DNA from: Eledone cirrhosa
Taxonomy: Eukaryota
Length of the DNA: 64,000 nt
Assembly (NCBI GenBank): GCA_964016885.1
Contig: OZ024741.1
Location: 70,184,001-70,248,000, forward strand
Direction: 5' to 3'
Numbering within the stretch: the first letter of the stretch is position 1; each line of letters begins with the position of its first letter. Both the position numbers and the translations under genes were made by a program. Shown here piece after piece: positions 14,662 through 30,726 of this stretch. The notes beneath the pieces were generated by a model. The model saw nothing but the letters and a program-made list of their open reading frames with translations, did not search any database and was not told the origin of the DNA.

Positions 14662-14734
<73 letters not shown>

Positions 14735-14874
14735 TTGTGTGTGTATGTATATATGTATGTATGTATGTTCTTCTGGTTTTATAATTTCACAAAGTTTTAC
14801 CAAGAGAGAGAGAATCGGTTTCTAACATAGACACAAGACTCTCTCATTGGAATTTACACATCAACTAGGTAGAT

Positions 14875-17048
14875 ATGTATGTATGTCTGCATGCATGCAT
14901 GTGTAGATATGGATGTTATTGTGTGTGGATGTGTATGTTTTGAGTTGTATGTGTGCATGTGTATATGCTTTGTATCTGTACATGTGTATATGCAGTTATT
15001 AGATGCAAAATTTTTGGAATGTTTTACATATTTTTACTGTTCCATTAATGGATTGTACTTGTAATTTCCTAACTAGTTGTGTTCTTTCTGTTCCTGTGAA
15101 GCCTAGCTTCTCAAGATTTGTATTGAGGCAGTTACTAACATATCACAGTGCCCCAATAATCACAGGCATAAATCTGAAGGTGTAATCAGGGTGGAGTATC
15201 TGCAGATTTCTCATCAGTTCTGCATAAATATTCTCCTTTTCACTAATCTTTGATATTATATTGGCATCTGCTGGGCAGCTAATTTCCACTACTGTGTATG
15301 TTTTCTTCTCCCTGTCCCATATCTGGTCTGTTATGCCTGCATTTTATTGGGGTTTTTACTGGAACATTCCACCAGTACTCTTTCATATTATGTACATGGA
15401 TGTCTTCCACATTGTTGTAGCTTTTAATGTGTTTATCATCGTGGCTATCTTTTTTACGAACTGCATTGTACAGTGTTTTGGCCACTACATCATGCCTCAT
15501 AGGTAGATAGTACCGCGATAACATTGGGCAGCTGCTGATGACATGGGTGATATCCTCGATGTTAGTTCTGCATAGTCTGCACTTGTTATCACATCTAGGT
15601 GTTTTGCCTGCATCCCTATCTCTTTTGTGAATCAGGTATTTCATGCTAATCTCCTGTTCTTGGATTGCAAAAGCGTATCCTTCAAAGTGGGAGCCAATAT
15701 AGCGGTTGTTGGTCCAAGATAGACTACTTTCCTTATCTATATTACTCTCACTCTGGAGCTTCCTGGCAACATATCCATGCATTATTTTTTGCTGATAGGC
15801 ATGCAGTTTGTCATCCATGGATTCACTGCGACACTGCTGAGCAACATCCCTGGGTGTGAGTTTTTGATTATCACACAGGGAATATCTCTCAAGGAGTTCC
15901 TTCCCAACTCTCATGATCTTATCTGTTTCATGCAGATAGACTTGCTCGAGAAGCGGGCTCCTACGCTTCGAGGTTCGTAGATGTTGTCGGAGAGATATGA
16001 TGCGACATTCAAATATTGTCTGGACTGATGTTAGGCCTCTGCCTCCCTGCTTACGTTTCAAGTAAAGGCGGTCTATGTCACTGTTGATGTGAAACTTTCC
16101 GGTGTTGTTCAGTATTTTTCGAGTTCTAACATCAACTGCTCGGATTTCGTCTATCGTCCAATTGAGTATTCCAAACGTTGGTGTTAGGACAGGCACAGCA
16201 AACACATTGTGAGCCACTGTTTTGTTTTGCGCAGAGAGTTCCGATGACCAGATCTTTCTTAATCGGTTGTAGTATTCCCTGGTTACGCGTTCTTTATTAC
16301 AGATACCATTATAGGATATGTTCTCATCTATCCCCAGGTATCTGTAGCAGTCCTCATCAGATATCGGTGAAACAGTTAGACCATTGATGACAATGTTTCT
16401 AGATTGAGTTGTTGTTTTTCCGCGCTTTACAGTCATGTATGAGCATTTATCTTGGCCAAACTCCATTCCTATATCCTTTGAGAACGTTGTAACCAGGTCA
16501 AGATTTTTCTTCATCCCATCCATGTTCTTGGCATAGAGTTTCAGATCGTCCACAAAGAAGTTATGGGTTAGGTTCGTATTTCTGTCCTCCTGTGAGCCAA
16601 TGATGTATCCCTCACATTTCTTGAGCAGAAAGGACATGGGGTTTAATGACAAGATGAACAATATCACAGAGAGACTGTCCCCCTGAAATATACCCCTGCA
16701 ATATTTTATTTTATCAGTGAAAATAGAGTCCTCCCTCTCTGTCTTTAACCTTAGGATAGTAGCCCAAGAAGAAGACAGCCTCTCTATGGCTGTGACAATA
16801 ATGTCTAGGACTTTAGCAAGTTGGAGGGCCTCTATCATCCAAGAGTGGGGAACAGAATCGAAAGCTTTCTTGTAGTCCAGCCAGACTGTAGTCATATTCC
16901 TCCTAAGTTGTCGCACCTCCGACATCGCAGTTTTGTTGATTAGGAGTTGTTCAGCACATCCCCAAACCCTTTTCTTTCCAGCTGCTTGTTCATCTGTGAT
17001 GATGTTATTATTTTCACAGTGATCTTGGAGGAATAGGTTGAGGCAGGC
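14875..17048 (-). pseudogene. Dong/R4-clade non-LTR retrotransposon (RT, CCHC knuckle, restriction-like endonuclease), 5'-truncated
   Basis: WLDYKKAFDSVPHSW, GIFQGDSLS, FFVDDLKLY, RLYLKRKQGGRGL, CRLC..ITHVISSC, RHD, RPD; frameshifted continuation VVEISCP..KENIY to a stop near 14999. Confidence 0.88.
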
Positions 17049-17109
17049 TGTATGTATGTATGTATGTATGTATGTATGTATGTATGTATGTATGTATGTA
17101 TGTATGTAT

Positions 17110-17951
17110 GTCAGGTCACCAGTTGGTGCTACTGGTAACATGTATCCCAGTACAACCTGACTCATGGTCGGGTCGTTGGCGACTAAACTGGCAACCCCAC
17201 CAAGGTTTCTTGGTGAGGAGGGTGACTTTGGACATCCTACAGGACTAAAAACAAAACCTGTCAAAGGGCAAAGGAGCTCTTAAGAGTCAATGGCCATCCA
17301 AAATCACCGGGAGAGATGACCCCTTAGCCTTTGTCAAGGCAGAATTCTAGGAGAGGGAAAACTCTGATATAACACCTGCAACCCTGATGGTATCCAATGA
17401 TGTTGACTTGTTCTTCTTTTTGGTAAATATCATCTTGGTTAAGAGAGTGGGACTGGCTTTGTGCAGTGCCTTTGCTCACTATAAAAGCTTCACGGCACAG
17501 GCATTGCTTTATATCTGGAGATCTCTCTGCGCTTGTCATCACATGGTACCATGGGCCCAGCCTTTGTCAAGGCAGAATTCTAGGAGATGGAAAACTCTGA
17601 TATAACACCTGCAACTCTGATGGTATCCAATGATGTTGACTTGTTCTTCTTTTTGGTAAATATCATATTGGTTAAGAGAGTGGGACTGGCTTTGTGCAGT
17701 GCCTTTGCTCACTATAAAAGCTTCACGGCACAGGCATTGCTTTATATCTGGAGATCTCTCTGCACTTGTCATCACATGGTACCATGGGCTCAGCACTATG
17801 TGTCAATAATTGTCACAAGTGTAGTGTTTGTACCAAAGTTTTCAAGTCGCTGGCTGGACTAAAAAGTCACACTTGTTCAGCGCATCGGTAGGGGTTCTCC
17901 TACATGGATATAAAGTAGTGGCCGTACTCGAAAACGAGTTGGCAGCCACCA
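17110..17951 (+). mobile_element. Bipartite RTE-derived element, copy 2, with internal ~233-bp tandem duplication
   Basis: AGCCTTTGTCAAGGCAGAATTC at 17326 and 17559; [23 protein letters not shown] encoded at 17820-17891. Confidence 0.75.
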
Positions 17952-18037
17952 TGTATGTATGTATATATGTATATATATATGTATGTATATATGTATATAT
18001 ATATATGTATGTATATATATGTATATATATATATATG

Positions 18038-18112
<75 letters not shown>

Positions 18113-18196
18113 ATATGTATATATATATATATATATGTATGTATATATGTATATATATATATATATGTATGTATATATGTGTATATATATATATAT

Positions 18197-18805
18197 GTCA
18201 GGTCACCAGTTGGTGCTACTGGTAACATGTATCCCAGTACAACCTGTCTCATGGTCGGACCGTTGGCGACTAAACTGGCAACCCCACCAAGGTTTCTTGG
18301 TGAGGAGGGTGACTTTGGACATCCTGCAGGACTAAAAACAAAACCTGTCAAAGGGCAAAGGAGCTCTTAAGAGTCAATGGCCATCCAAAATCACCAGGAG
18401 AGATGACCCCTTAGCCTTTGTCAAGGCAGGATTCTAGGAGAAGGAAAGCTCTGATATAACACCTGCAACCCTGATGGTATCCAATGATGTTGACTTGTCC
18501 TTCTTTTTGGTAAATATCATCTTGGTTAAGAGAGTGGGACTGGCTTTGTGCAGTGCCTTTGCTCACTATAAAAGCTTCATGGCACTGGCATTACTTTATA
18601 TCTGGAGATCTCTCTGCACTTGTCGTCACATGGTACCATGGGCCCAGCACTGTGTGTCAATAATTGTCACAGGTGTAGTCTTTGTACCAGAGTTTTCAAG
18701 TCGCTGGCTGGACTAAGAAGTCACACTCGTTCAGCGCATCGGTAGGGGTTATCCTACATGGATATAAAGTAGTGGCCGTACTCGAAAACGAGTTGGCAGT
18801 CACCA
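18197..18805 (+). mobile_element. Bipartite RTE-derived element, copy 3
   Basis: Same termini as copies 1 and 2 (GTCAGGTCACC...GGCAG(C/T)CACC). Confidence 0.75.
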
Positions 18806-19788
18806 TGTGTGTATGTATGTAAGGCGGCGAATTAGAAGAGTCGTTAAGACGTTGGATAGAATGCTTTACTGTATTCATCCCTACTTCATTGCGCGCTCTA
18901 AGTTCAAATCCCACCCGGGGTCAACTTTGCCTTTCATACTTTCGAGGTCGATAAAAAATGTACCAGTCCAGTACTGGGGTAGATTCTTCCTCTATAAAAA
19001 CATTGGCTTTGTTCAGACCTGGAAAGGGTTTGGCTCCGCCAGGTTTAAAAGTGCCCAAGACACGTCTGTATGTATATATGTATGTTTGAATGTGTATGTT
19101 TCTCAGTCATCCAATCCTCTTGCTTAGGCTATGTCTTGCCTAGTTGAAACAGTGTAAGTACAAGAAGGCGACTACGTTACAGCTCTTGGCAAATATTTTG
19201 AAATGAAATGGTTAATTGAGATTTCAAAGTTCTTACAATTGTTCGTACCTATGTAATGGTTTCTGATTAAGGCACAAGGCCATCAATTTTAGGGAGGGTA
19301 AAGTCGATTAAATCGATCCCAGTGCGTGAAAGGTACATTATTTTATCGATCCCGTAAGGATGAAAGGCAAAGGTAACCTCGGCAGGATTTGAACACAGAA
19401 AGTAAAGGGCAGTAACTCTGTGCCACTAAGCGTGTTGACCGACGCTCTACTCATATAATGTAGACTGGATTATACCACAAAATATTTGTTGGTCTATTTT
19501 TACGATTGGAAATATGGATTACTAATTTAGTTAGGTACGAGGCCAGCAAATTTCTTGATTAAATCAATCCCCTACCTGACTGGTACTTTATTTTATCGAC
19601 CCTAGACGTATGAAAAGCAAAGTTGATTTCGGCCGAATTTGAAATCAGAATGTAAAATTCTACCAATTTTCCACGACGCTTGAAAATCTTAAAAAGGGTT
19701 TTAAATTGTATATTTCCTGCTGACTATTTTAGTCTATAAGCGCTTGTTATGATATTCAAATATTGCATATGTATGTTTCTATATGTAT

Positions 19789-19829
<41 letters not shown>

Positions 19830-20135
19830 AAAAGAGTCAGGACCCCGACGGCTGAGCCCGGTCGTTTCGACAGGTAGATCCGAACGAAGCCACCGTGGAT
19901 TAGTTCGGATCTAGCTGTCGCAACGGCCGGAGCTCAGCCGTCGGGGTCATGACTCTTTTCCTATTACCCACTCTACTACCCTAAGTATCGAGTACTCTGG
20001 TGCGTTATGGTCCACCTGGTATTGTACCACACCGTCCTTGTTATATATATATATACATGTTAAGTATTTCTGTAGAAAAGGTAAAGGAAAGAAGAGTGCT
20101 CTATATATAGTACAGAGGTATATCCAAAACATAAC

Positions 20136-20209
20136 TATTTCATCTAATGAACGAGCTGGACGTTTCTGTAAGGATCGTCTAGTCTCCTGAAACCTTTGGT
20201 AACGGAATA
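20136..20209 (+). ncRNA. Degenerate hammerhead (CTAATGA core), related to the 59862 family
   Basis: tatttcat-CTAATGA-..-GAAA-cctttgg-TA-acggaata. Confidence 0.5.
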
Positions 20210-20899
20210 ATTATGTTGTTTTGTTTATTATATATATATATATATAGATAGATAGATACACATATAGAGAGAGAGAGAGATATATATAGATATATATATA
20301 TATATATATATATATCGACAGTCGATCGAGTTCCTTCAAATCGAACCAAGGAAACAATGTTTCCGTTGGTTTTTCCAATTGCTAGTACTATCTATTGGTC
20401 GCAACTCTAGGTAGAAGGAGCATCGTGAAATAAAGTGTCTTGCTCAAGTACATAACGCATCACCCGCTCCGGGAATCAAACGCACAACCTCACGATTGCG
20501 AATGCAATTCTCTAACCACTCATCCACGCAATATTTATTAGAGTAAATTTTACTCATTTACTATGTGTATTTTAGCTCAATGCTATGATAGGATCATATA
20601 TACATATTTATAAGCATACCTTCTATGATGTATATTATATATACATGTTTGTACGTATGTAATCCTGTGAGTGAGTGTATAATCGTGTGTGTGTAATTAT
20701 TGAGTTATCCATTATATATATAGCAAATGTCCGCCATGTCAAGTAACAGCAACAATCACCACTTAATCACGAAGGAGCCGTCTATATTACGGATAACATA
20801 CAACAAGGGATCTAAAACGAAGTGACTCAACCTGTTAGAAATACAGGCTAAATTTCCACCGAATCGCAGTCTATTCTCTTACAAAAAGGAAGTCACATT

Positions 20900-21217
20900 C
20901 AGGACCAGAGTTAGACCTTGTGGGGCCCGGAGCACGTCAGGTTTGGAGGGCTCCTCATACACAAAAAAATACAATACACAGCAAACCGCCCCAATTTTAT
21001 ATATCAAAGTAAGCTTGGTGCAAGTAATTGGAAATGAAAAGTTATACATACAGGTATTAAATTTTTAAAAATCAAACCATCCTAAACCTAAAAAGCCCAA
21101 ACCTAAAAAGCCCCAAGAGGGCACAAATAATTTGCCAGCGCTGTCATTGGTAGCGCCCTCTACTGCATGGGGCCCGAGGAAGTCACCCCCTTTTCCGCCT
21201 CATTAAATCCGGCCCTG
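20900..21217. mobile_element. hAT-type MITE
   Basis: Imperfect TIRs CAGGACCAGAGTTA / TAAATCCGGCCCTG; 8-bp TSD GTCACATT / GACACATT; subterminal GGGGCCC motifs. Confidence 0.7.
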
Positions 21218-21654
21218 GACACATTGGATGGTGCTATATTCGGTTGCTATAACAGGAAAAAAAAAAGATGCGATGCAACGGAGACGATTGGATTACACCA
21301 GGTCATAGGCCTTCAAGATCAGAGTTCGCATAAAACAATTACAATATGAATACGCTATAAGGATACAAATAAATAGATTATTTACTCATTCAATTACAAA
21401 TACAAAAACATTCACACTCATACATACACATACAAACACACGGGTGTGAATCTGTATATTTAATATGAATATAACTATTTAAATTTACATTTTTTCTCGA
21501 TATATATATTAACATGTTGTACTGCCTCTTCGGTTCCACATTCTTTTTTTTATTTTTTGTTTACTGTCTCAACTATAATGTATATATTTATATATCAAGT
21601 TCGGATCTAGCTGTCGAAACGACGGAGCTCAGCCGTCGGGGTCCTGACTCTTTT

Positions 21655-21740
<86 letters not shown>

Positions 21741-21850
21741 GTGTGCATTGTTATACGGTTGTTAGACAATTGAATAGGTTCAATAACTTGACTTTGTTTT
21801 TATTTTCATTGTTAATTTAATACCTAATATATATATATATATATACATAC

Positions 21851-21900
<50 letters not shown>

Positions 21901-21909
21901 TGTATATAT

Positions 21910-22318
21910 CCGGGAGAGATGACCTCTTAGCCTTTGTTAGGGCAGAATTCTAGGAGAAGGGAAACTCTGATATAACACCTGCAACCCTGATGGTATCCAA
22001 TGATGTTAACTTGTTCTACTTTTTGGTAAATATCATCTTGGTTAAGAGAGTGGGACTGGCTTTGTGCAGTGCCTTTGCTCACTATAAAAGCTTCACGGCA
22101 CAGGCATTGCTTTATATCTGGAGATCTCTCTGCACTTGTCGTCACATGGTACCATGGGACCAGCACTATGTGTCAATAATTGTCACAAGTGTAGTGTTTG
22201 TACCAGAGTTTTCAAGTCGCTGGCTGGATTAAAAAGTCACACTCGTTCAGTGCATCGGTAAGGGTTCTCCTACATGGATATAAAGTAGTGGCCGTACTCG
22301 AAAACGAGTTGGCAGCCA

Positions 22319-22321
<3 letters not shown>
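21910..22321 (+). mobile_element. Bipartite RTE-derived element, copy 4 (5'-truncated)
   Basis: Matches the 3' ~410 bp of the other copies; 5' truncation is typical of target-primed reverse transcription. Confidence 0.75.
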
Positions 22322-22889
<568 letters not shown>

Positions 22890-23427
22890 ATACTTAGGGA
22901 GGGTCATATTTGTGTAATAATATTGCCAGAATTAATAACAGAACAAACTCACCTTTTGGTTGGTTTTCGCTTCTGTCTTTTATATCAGTTAATTTAATTT
23001 ATTAGGTCCTCAATGTTACCATTGACTGACCAACGGTCAAAAATACATATATAATATAGACACAAACACATGTATATAGTCTAACAAAGTTCTTTCGTTG
23101 CACATCTGCAACATCGTTAGTAGTGCTATTATGTTTCCTCCTATTGTATTGTATGCCTACGCCATCTTTATTTAGTCTGTTTATTTATTTAATTTTGTCT
23201 TCTCTGCGCATGCGTTTGCGTGTGTGTATAGTGTTTGATGTGTGTTCGTGTTTGGGTGTGTTCTGTTATTAATTCTGGCAATATTATTACACAAATATGA
23301 CCCTCCCCAAGTATAACAATATTTGTTTCGACACACGATTTCATATCAAAAATCTCGCAAAATATATATATATACATATATATATATATGTGTGTGCGCG
23401 TGTGCGTACACGCATAGATATATATTT

Positions 23428-23491
<64 letters not shown>

Positions 23492-23755
23492 GTGTGTGTC
23501 TGTGTGTGTTGAATATATTCAGATTCCGATATCTATTGCTTCTTTATGTATACATATGTGTAAATATCTAATTCTGTATAACAGTATAACATATGAATAA
23601 TATATATATATAGGTATATATTTAGAGATATACAAAACAACATATCATGCTGGGCGTCGCGGTCGGGACTTTACCTATCTCTATAGCCATATCTGCGTCA
23701 CCCCAAGCATTGAGTACTCTCATGATTAGTGGTTTCCTGGGTCAAAACATTGCAG

Positions 23756-23814
<59 letters not shown>

Positions 23815-23943
23815 TTGTCCGAATAAGGTGAAACAATTGTTCTTGGCATGGTGAACTAACTGTTGTGGAACTACTTGTACCAATCTCGTGCCATGTAGTG
23901 AGTGCTCTACTATTATAGATATAACACACCAGTGTTCTACTAT

Positions 23944-24048
<105 letters not shown>

Positions 24049-24455
24049 GACGGAGGAGTTGTGGTAAGGAACCAGATGGACCATAACGCACCAGAGTACT
24101 CAATACTTAGGGTAGTAGAGTGGGTAATAGGGAAAGTATGACCCCGACGGCAGAGCTCAAGCCGTTTCGACGGCTAGTCCTGAAATAGCCGTCGAAACGG
24201 CTTGAGCTCTGCCGTCGGGGTCATACTTTCTCCTATATATATTTATATATATATATGTATATATATATACATATACATATACTCACACGCATATGCATGT
24301 AAATATATTCATGCATATATACATGTATGTATATGCATGTATGTATTATTAACAAGCGGGAAATGTAACAAAAGAAAAGGCATGTGCAAACACACACACA
24401 CACGTTAAAACTTATTTCACGTCTCTCAATATATCCTCTTGTGTAAATCTGTTTG

Positions 24456-24490
<35 letters not shown>

Positions 24491-24893
24491 TTTATGTATG
24501 TATATATATTTATATGTTTATGTATATATAAAATATATATCTACATATATATATGTGTGTGGAGCGGGGGGGTATGTATCTATATATATATATAACGAAG
24601 GAAATGTGGTAAGGAACCCGATGGACCATAACGCACCAAAGTACTCACATTTATCAGGATAAAAATGTTCATTTAGTCCAGAATTAGCCGTCGAAACGGC
24701 TTGAGCTCAGCCGTCGGGGTCCTACTTGTTCCTATATATATATATAAATGTAAATATGTGAGAAATAAAATTCTAATTTTATTATATATATATATGCCCG
24801 ACTGAGGTAGAAGGTGCTAAATAAATAGTCGGTCGTACCCTTGATTTTCAGCCCCATGGATTTTATCTGTTATATTCCTTTGTTATATTTTGA

Positions 24894-24951
24894 ATACCTG
24901 ATGATGTCACCGGATTCATACTGAACTCGGTCATTGAAATGATCATAGTAT
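24894..24951 (+). ncRNA. Type I hammerhead ribozyme
   Basis: atac-CTGATGA-..accgg/tcggt..-GAAA-tgatca-TA-gtat; followed by bulged hairpin 25008-25070. Confidence 0.75.
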
Positions 24952-25139
24952 AATAAACCCTGCAGGGAATTACACCAGTCCAGTTTCCTGTTATTTTATA
25001 ATAATTAACTCCGTACTCGCACCACCAACTACACCAATGAAGAGGGGTGAGTTGCATTACGTTGAGTGCTCTCCCTAATATTACATCGAGGTTGACCATA
25101 CGGAATGACCAGGTCTATCCAGTGGTGAACCAACAAACT

Positions 25140-25181
<42 letters not shown>

Positions 25182-25239
25182 TATATACATGCAAAAGTAC
25201 ATATATACATACATAAAACAGTAAGGAGTGAAATACACA

Positions 25240-25316
<77 letters not shown>

Positions 25317-25444
25317 GTTTTTCGAGGGTTCAATCGGGGGTAACCACATTAAGTAAGGTGCTCTATACGGACCAGAGTATAAATATTTAATATAGCAATG
25401 GCTTCTACAGGACTAGAACTCTTTCTTCATACGGGAGGACCATC

Positions 25445-25496
25445 GGGCTCCCTGATGATTTCTCTCGAATGAAACAGTTCTAGTCCTGTAGAAGCC
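25445..25496 (+). ncRNA. Type I hammerhead ribozyme (family C)
   Basis: gggctcc-CTGATGA-tttctctcgaat-GAAA-cag(ttctagtc)ctg-TA-gaagcc. Confidence 0.7.
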
Positions 25497-25518
25497 ATTT
25501 CTCTATATATATAATATG

Positions 25519-25582
<64 letters not shown>

Positions 25583-25921
25583 AACAAGTATAACATACTT
25601 GTTCCTATTACTCACTCTACTACCCTAAGTATTGAGTACTTTGGTGCGTTATGGTCCATCTGGTTCCTTACCACAATTCGTTCGTTATATATATATATAT
25701 ATATAATAATAAATTTGAAGACTAAAATCCAAAGAGGGCTCGATAAGGATAAATATATATCAAATATATAAGAACCCTAGAGCTGCTATTTTAATATATA
25801 TATAACACGAAATAATATGCAAAAACACAATTCTTATTGATAGGAGGAAGTAGAAAAGTGTTGGACGTTTCGGACATAATATTTGGAAAACGTATAAATT
25901 TAACATATTGTGACGTTGAAA

Positions 25922-26003
<82 letters not shown>

Positions 26004-26612
26004 TCTCTCTCTCTGTCCCTCTCCCTCTTTCTCTTTCTCTCAATCTCCCTATTTCTCTCTCTATCCTTCTCTCTCTCTGTGATTTGGTGAATCACACAAA
26101 TATCAAGTAGTACGTCTGAAAGCTTTTGGCTTAGTGGTTAAGGGGTTATGCTCGCAATCGTAAGTTCATGATTTCGATTCCTGAACCGGGCAAGACATTT
26201 TGTTCTAGAGCAAGATAATATATCTTGTGTTGCCTTTGTTTGCCTTTTCTTTTAGAAAACATTATTAGAGAGGTGTTGAGAAAATAGCATGCAATGGCCA
26301 CTACTGTAAATAACCTTTACCTATCACACATTGGAGAATAACTTCACCAAATGTAAACCGTATTATAACCGAAGGGAGCCTGTTACAAGTTCTAGGCAAT
26401 ACTCATAATATTACTGAATGGATCACTAAAATTGAACATAGGTTTTCTATTCTATATTATCTTTATTTACCTGGAAATAACAACACTGTTCACTTAGAAA
26501 GCTGAGAAAAGGGGATGTTTGTGCATATCTGGCTACTGATTGTAATGATATAAACACACACTGACATATTACACACATATACACACACACACACAAACGC
26601 ACACATACTTAT

Positions 26613-26651
<39 letters not shown>

Positions 26652-26680
26652 ATAAATATATATATATAAAATAAATATAC

Positions 26681-26726
<46 letters not shown>

Positions 26727-26732
<6 letters not shown>

Positions 26733-27040
26733 GAGAGGTTTTTTTTTACAAAATGAAAAATAACCGAGGTGTCCTACACGAGTGGAAGTATAAAGAAAAA
26801 GAGATGAAATCGAAAATGCAACTGAAGTCTTATTTTTTTTTTAAATATATATATTTATTTGGTTCCTTTACCGGTTTCGCAGTTCTTCTGCTTTTCAAAA
26901 GGTGAGTTGAGATGGAGGGTCTGTGGTTTTTCTCAGAAGAACTGCGAAACCGGTAAAGGAACCAAATAAATATATATATTTAAAAAAAAAAAAAAAAAAA
27001 AAATAAGACTTCAGTTGCATTTTCGATTTCATCTCTTTTT

Positions 27041-27045
<5 letters not shown>
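26727..27045 (-). mobile_element. Fold-back element with half hammerhead
   Basis: Arms ~26791-26890 and 26934-27045 with GAAA-ccgg-TA-aaggaacc; tail on left arm only. Confidence 0.75.
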
Positions 27046-27083
<38 letters not shown>

Positions 27084-27108
27084 CATATATTTATTATATA
27101 TATATGTA

Positions 27109-27191
<83 letters not shown>

Positions 27192-27349
27192 ATAAATATC
27201 TATATATATCTATATATATATATATAAATATGTATATATATATATATAAAATAAATATATATATGTATATATAAAATAAATATATATATATAAAATATAT
27301 ATATATATGTATATATATATAAATATATATATATATAAAATAAATATAT

Positions 27350-27393
<44 letters not shown>

Positions 27394-27869
27394 AAATATA
27401 TATATACATGTATGTGTGGTGTCTGTGTGTGTGTAAATATATATGCATGCATTTATATATACACACGCGCATATGTGTGTGTGTGTGTATGTGTGTGTGT
27501 GTGCACATAAACATTCATGTATAAAAATATATATATATTTATTATTATATATATATATATATGTATTTATTCGTAGTACAGATTAAAGTTTAAGCAAACT
27601 ATTTCTTCTATACGGAATGTTCCGAAGGTCCCGTATAGGGCGAAAACATTAATCTGTACAGATAATAAATATTTGCTCTACGGATTTATTTATATATTAA
27701 TATAGATATATATATATATATATATACAATCCTTATCGAGCCCTCTTCAGATTTTGATGTTTGTATAATATTTATTACTATATGTAACTGTGTTAAAATG
27801 CCCCCTGCTTTTTTTTTGTTTCATTTATTAACTATATATATAGTATGTATGTATGTGTGTATGTGTGTA

Positions 27870-27911
<42 letters not shown>

Positions 27912-28033
27912 CGTGCGTGTATGTGTGCGTGTGTGTGTGTGTATTATAATACTGATTAAAGTTTAAGCAAAGAACAGTTTCTTTCACCCTTTTACTCACA
28001 CACACTTCGGATTTTAGTCTTCACATGTATTAT

Positions 28034-28132
<99 letters not shown>

Positions 28133-28344
28133 GGAAAATGTTTAACCCGGCGGCAGAGCTCAAGCCGTTTCGACGGCTATTATTCAGAAATAGCCGTCGA
28201 AACCGCTTGAGCTCTGCCGTCGGGGTTAAACAATTTCCTATTACCCACTCTACTTCCCTAAGTATTGAGTAGAGTACTCTGGTGCGTTATGGTCCATCTG
28301 GTTCCTGACTACACCTCCTTCGTTATATATATATATATATATAT

Positions 28345-28730
28345 ATGCATTCGGTATATAAGAATGCAATTCAACTAAAGCACTCGACGTCATATTGCTT
28401 CTTAAAAAAAGGATGACAGTAAATATAAAGAGGAAAAAGTTGTAGATGTTAGAGTCCGTCATAAATTGAGCCGTTATACATATTTCCATGACGATAGCTA
28501 TCGTGATTTCTTTAGACAGCAAAATTAAGTAAAAGGTAACTGAAAGTTCGAACGGAGCGGACATCCAAAGCAAAACATAAATGTGTTCAGTCCGCTCCCT
28601 TCCGCCCATAATTACCTTTTACTCAATTTTACTGTCTCAAGAAATCACGATATCTATCGTGATGGAAATATGTAACAGCTAGGTTAATAAAAGACTTTAA
28701 AATCTACAACTTCACATTTTTCTCTTTATA
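28345..28730 (-). mobile_element. Older fold-back element with two degenerate hammerheads
   Basis: ctgt-CTCAAGA-aatcacgata/tatcgtgatg-GAAA-tatg-TA-acag at 28631-28679 plus an inverted counterpart; GAGTGCT hairpin in the left tail. Confidence 0.65.
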
Positions 28731-28737
28731 TATATAT

Positions 28738-28817
<80 letters not shown>

Positions 28818-28849
28818 GTTTATATATATATATATATATGTGTGTGTGC

Positions 28850-28901
<52 letters not shown>

Positions 28902-28907
28902 ATAGAT

Positions 28908-28941
<34 letters not shown>

Positions 28942-29035
28942 ATAGATATGTATGTATGTATATATGCATATATATATATATATATATATAATTTGATAGA
29001 CATGTATGTATGTATATATGTATATATATATATAT

Positions 29036-29068
<33 letters not shown>

Positions 29069-29413
29069 ATATATATATATGTGTGTGTATGCATGTGTAC
29101 AAACTCATATATATATACAAAACTAAACTACTGACATTTCCTACGCCAGTGTGAGCCGTGAAACACATAAATAAATGCAAATAACAGATTTATTTTTAAT
29201 ATAATCCTTTATATTTATAAAAGACCCGGAGAAACAAGTGTATCCTCTTTCAATTATATGGTTTTCATTTTCGAAATTGCATGTTCTGTCTTAACTAATG
29301 GGTTTCGATTACACACACTCACGCACACAAACAGTCACACACATATACATACATACATATGTTTATATGTATGCATGTATGTATGTATATATATATGTAT
29401 ATATACATATATG

Positions 29414-29475
<62 letters not shown>

Positions 29476-29477
29476 AA

Positions 29478-29508
<31 letters not shown>

Positions 29509-29614
29509 GTGTGTAAATATGAGAATAAACGTGCTGCGTGGTTGCAAATGGGTTACATATGAATAAAGTGGTCCTTCATCAGTGATCTTCCAACCACCAT
29601 TGGTATTTCTTCGC

Positions 29615-29646
<32 letters not shown>

Positions 29647-29672
29647 ATAAAATTTGCTCCGGACATAACACC

Positions 29673-29763
29673 CGTGTCTGAAAGAACCCGCAGAAGTAGA
29701 ATCAGCCAGATCCATACAAGGACCATGACTCGAGCTACCTGCCGGCGAAACATTTGTAACACG
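29673..29763 (+). ncRNA. Hammerhead with altered core (CTGAAAGA), family H
   Basis: cgtgt-CTGAAAGA-..-GAAA-catttg-TA-acacg; perfect 5-bp stem I; downstream GATGCATCACTGATT is shared with 9495 and 52485. Confidence 0.6.
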
Positions 29764-29892
29764 AAATAAACTAAGTCCAGATGCATCACTGATTTTTCGT
29801 TTTTTTGATAATTCCTACACTCTACTCTGATGAATATCGAATGCTAATCCTACGGAAGCACCATAGCTACCACTATACACAAATATATATAC

Positions 29893-29954
<62 letters not shown>

Positions 29955-30147
29955 AGATTCAGGACTCCGACCGTTGAGCTCCGGCCGTTTCGACAGCTAG
30001 ATCCGAACTTTCCGATCTAGCTGTCGAAACGGCCGGAGCTCAACCGTCGGAGTCCTGAATCTTTCCATATTACCCACTCTACTACCTCAAGTATCGAGTA
30101 CTCTGGTGGCTTATGGTCCACCTGGTCTTTTTTTTTACCAAACCCTA

Positions 30148-30249
<102 letters not shown>

Positions 30250-30250
30250 G

Positions 30251-30283
<33 letters not shown>

Positions 30284-30293
30284 ATATTATATA

Positions 30294-30395
<102 letters not shown>

Positions 30396-30402
30396 ATATA
30401 TT

Positions 30403-30463
<61 letters not shown>

Positions 30464-30589
30464 GTATATATATAATATATATATTTTATATGCGATGAAA
30501 TATCAATGATGGTTGGCAAATCACTGACGAAGGACTATTTTTATCATATGTAACCCATGTGCAACCACGCAGTATTCTTCTTTCTTCTC

Positions 30590-30670
<81 letters not shown>

Positions 30671-30676
30671 ATATAT

Positions 30677-30718
<42 letters not shown>

Positions 30719-30726
30719 ATATATAT

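Noticed and set aside
17110-17195. Possible HDV-like ribozyme at the 5' end of the bipartite RTE element
   Set aside because: P2 (ccagt/actgg), P4 and a CTAA joiner are suggestive, but I could not build P1 and P3 with correct spacing.
17049-17264. N-terminal part of the 661-aa ORF
   Set aside because: Chance fusion of the antisense bipartite RTE element and (TACA)n to the truncated R4 frame.
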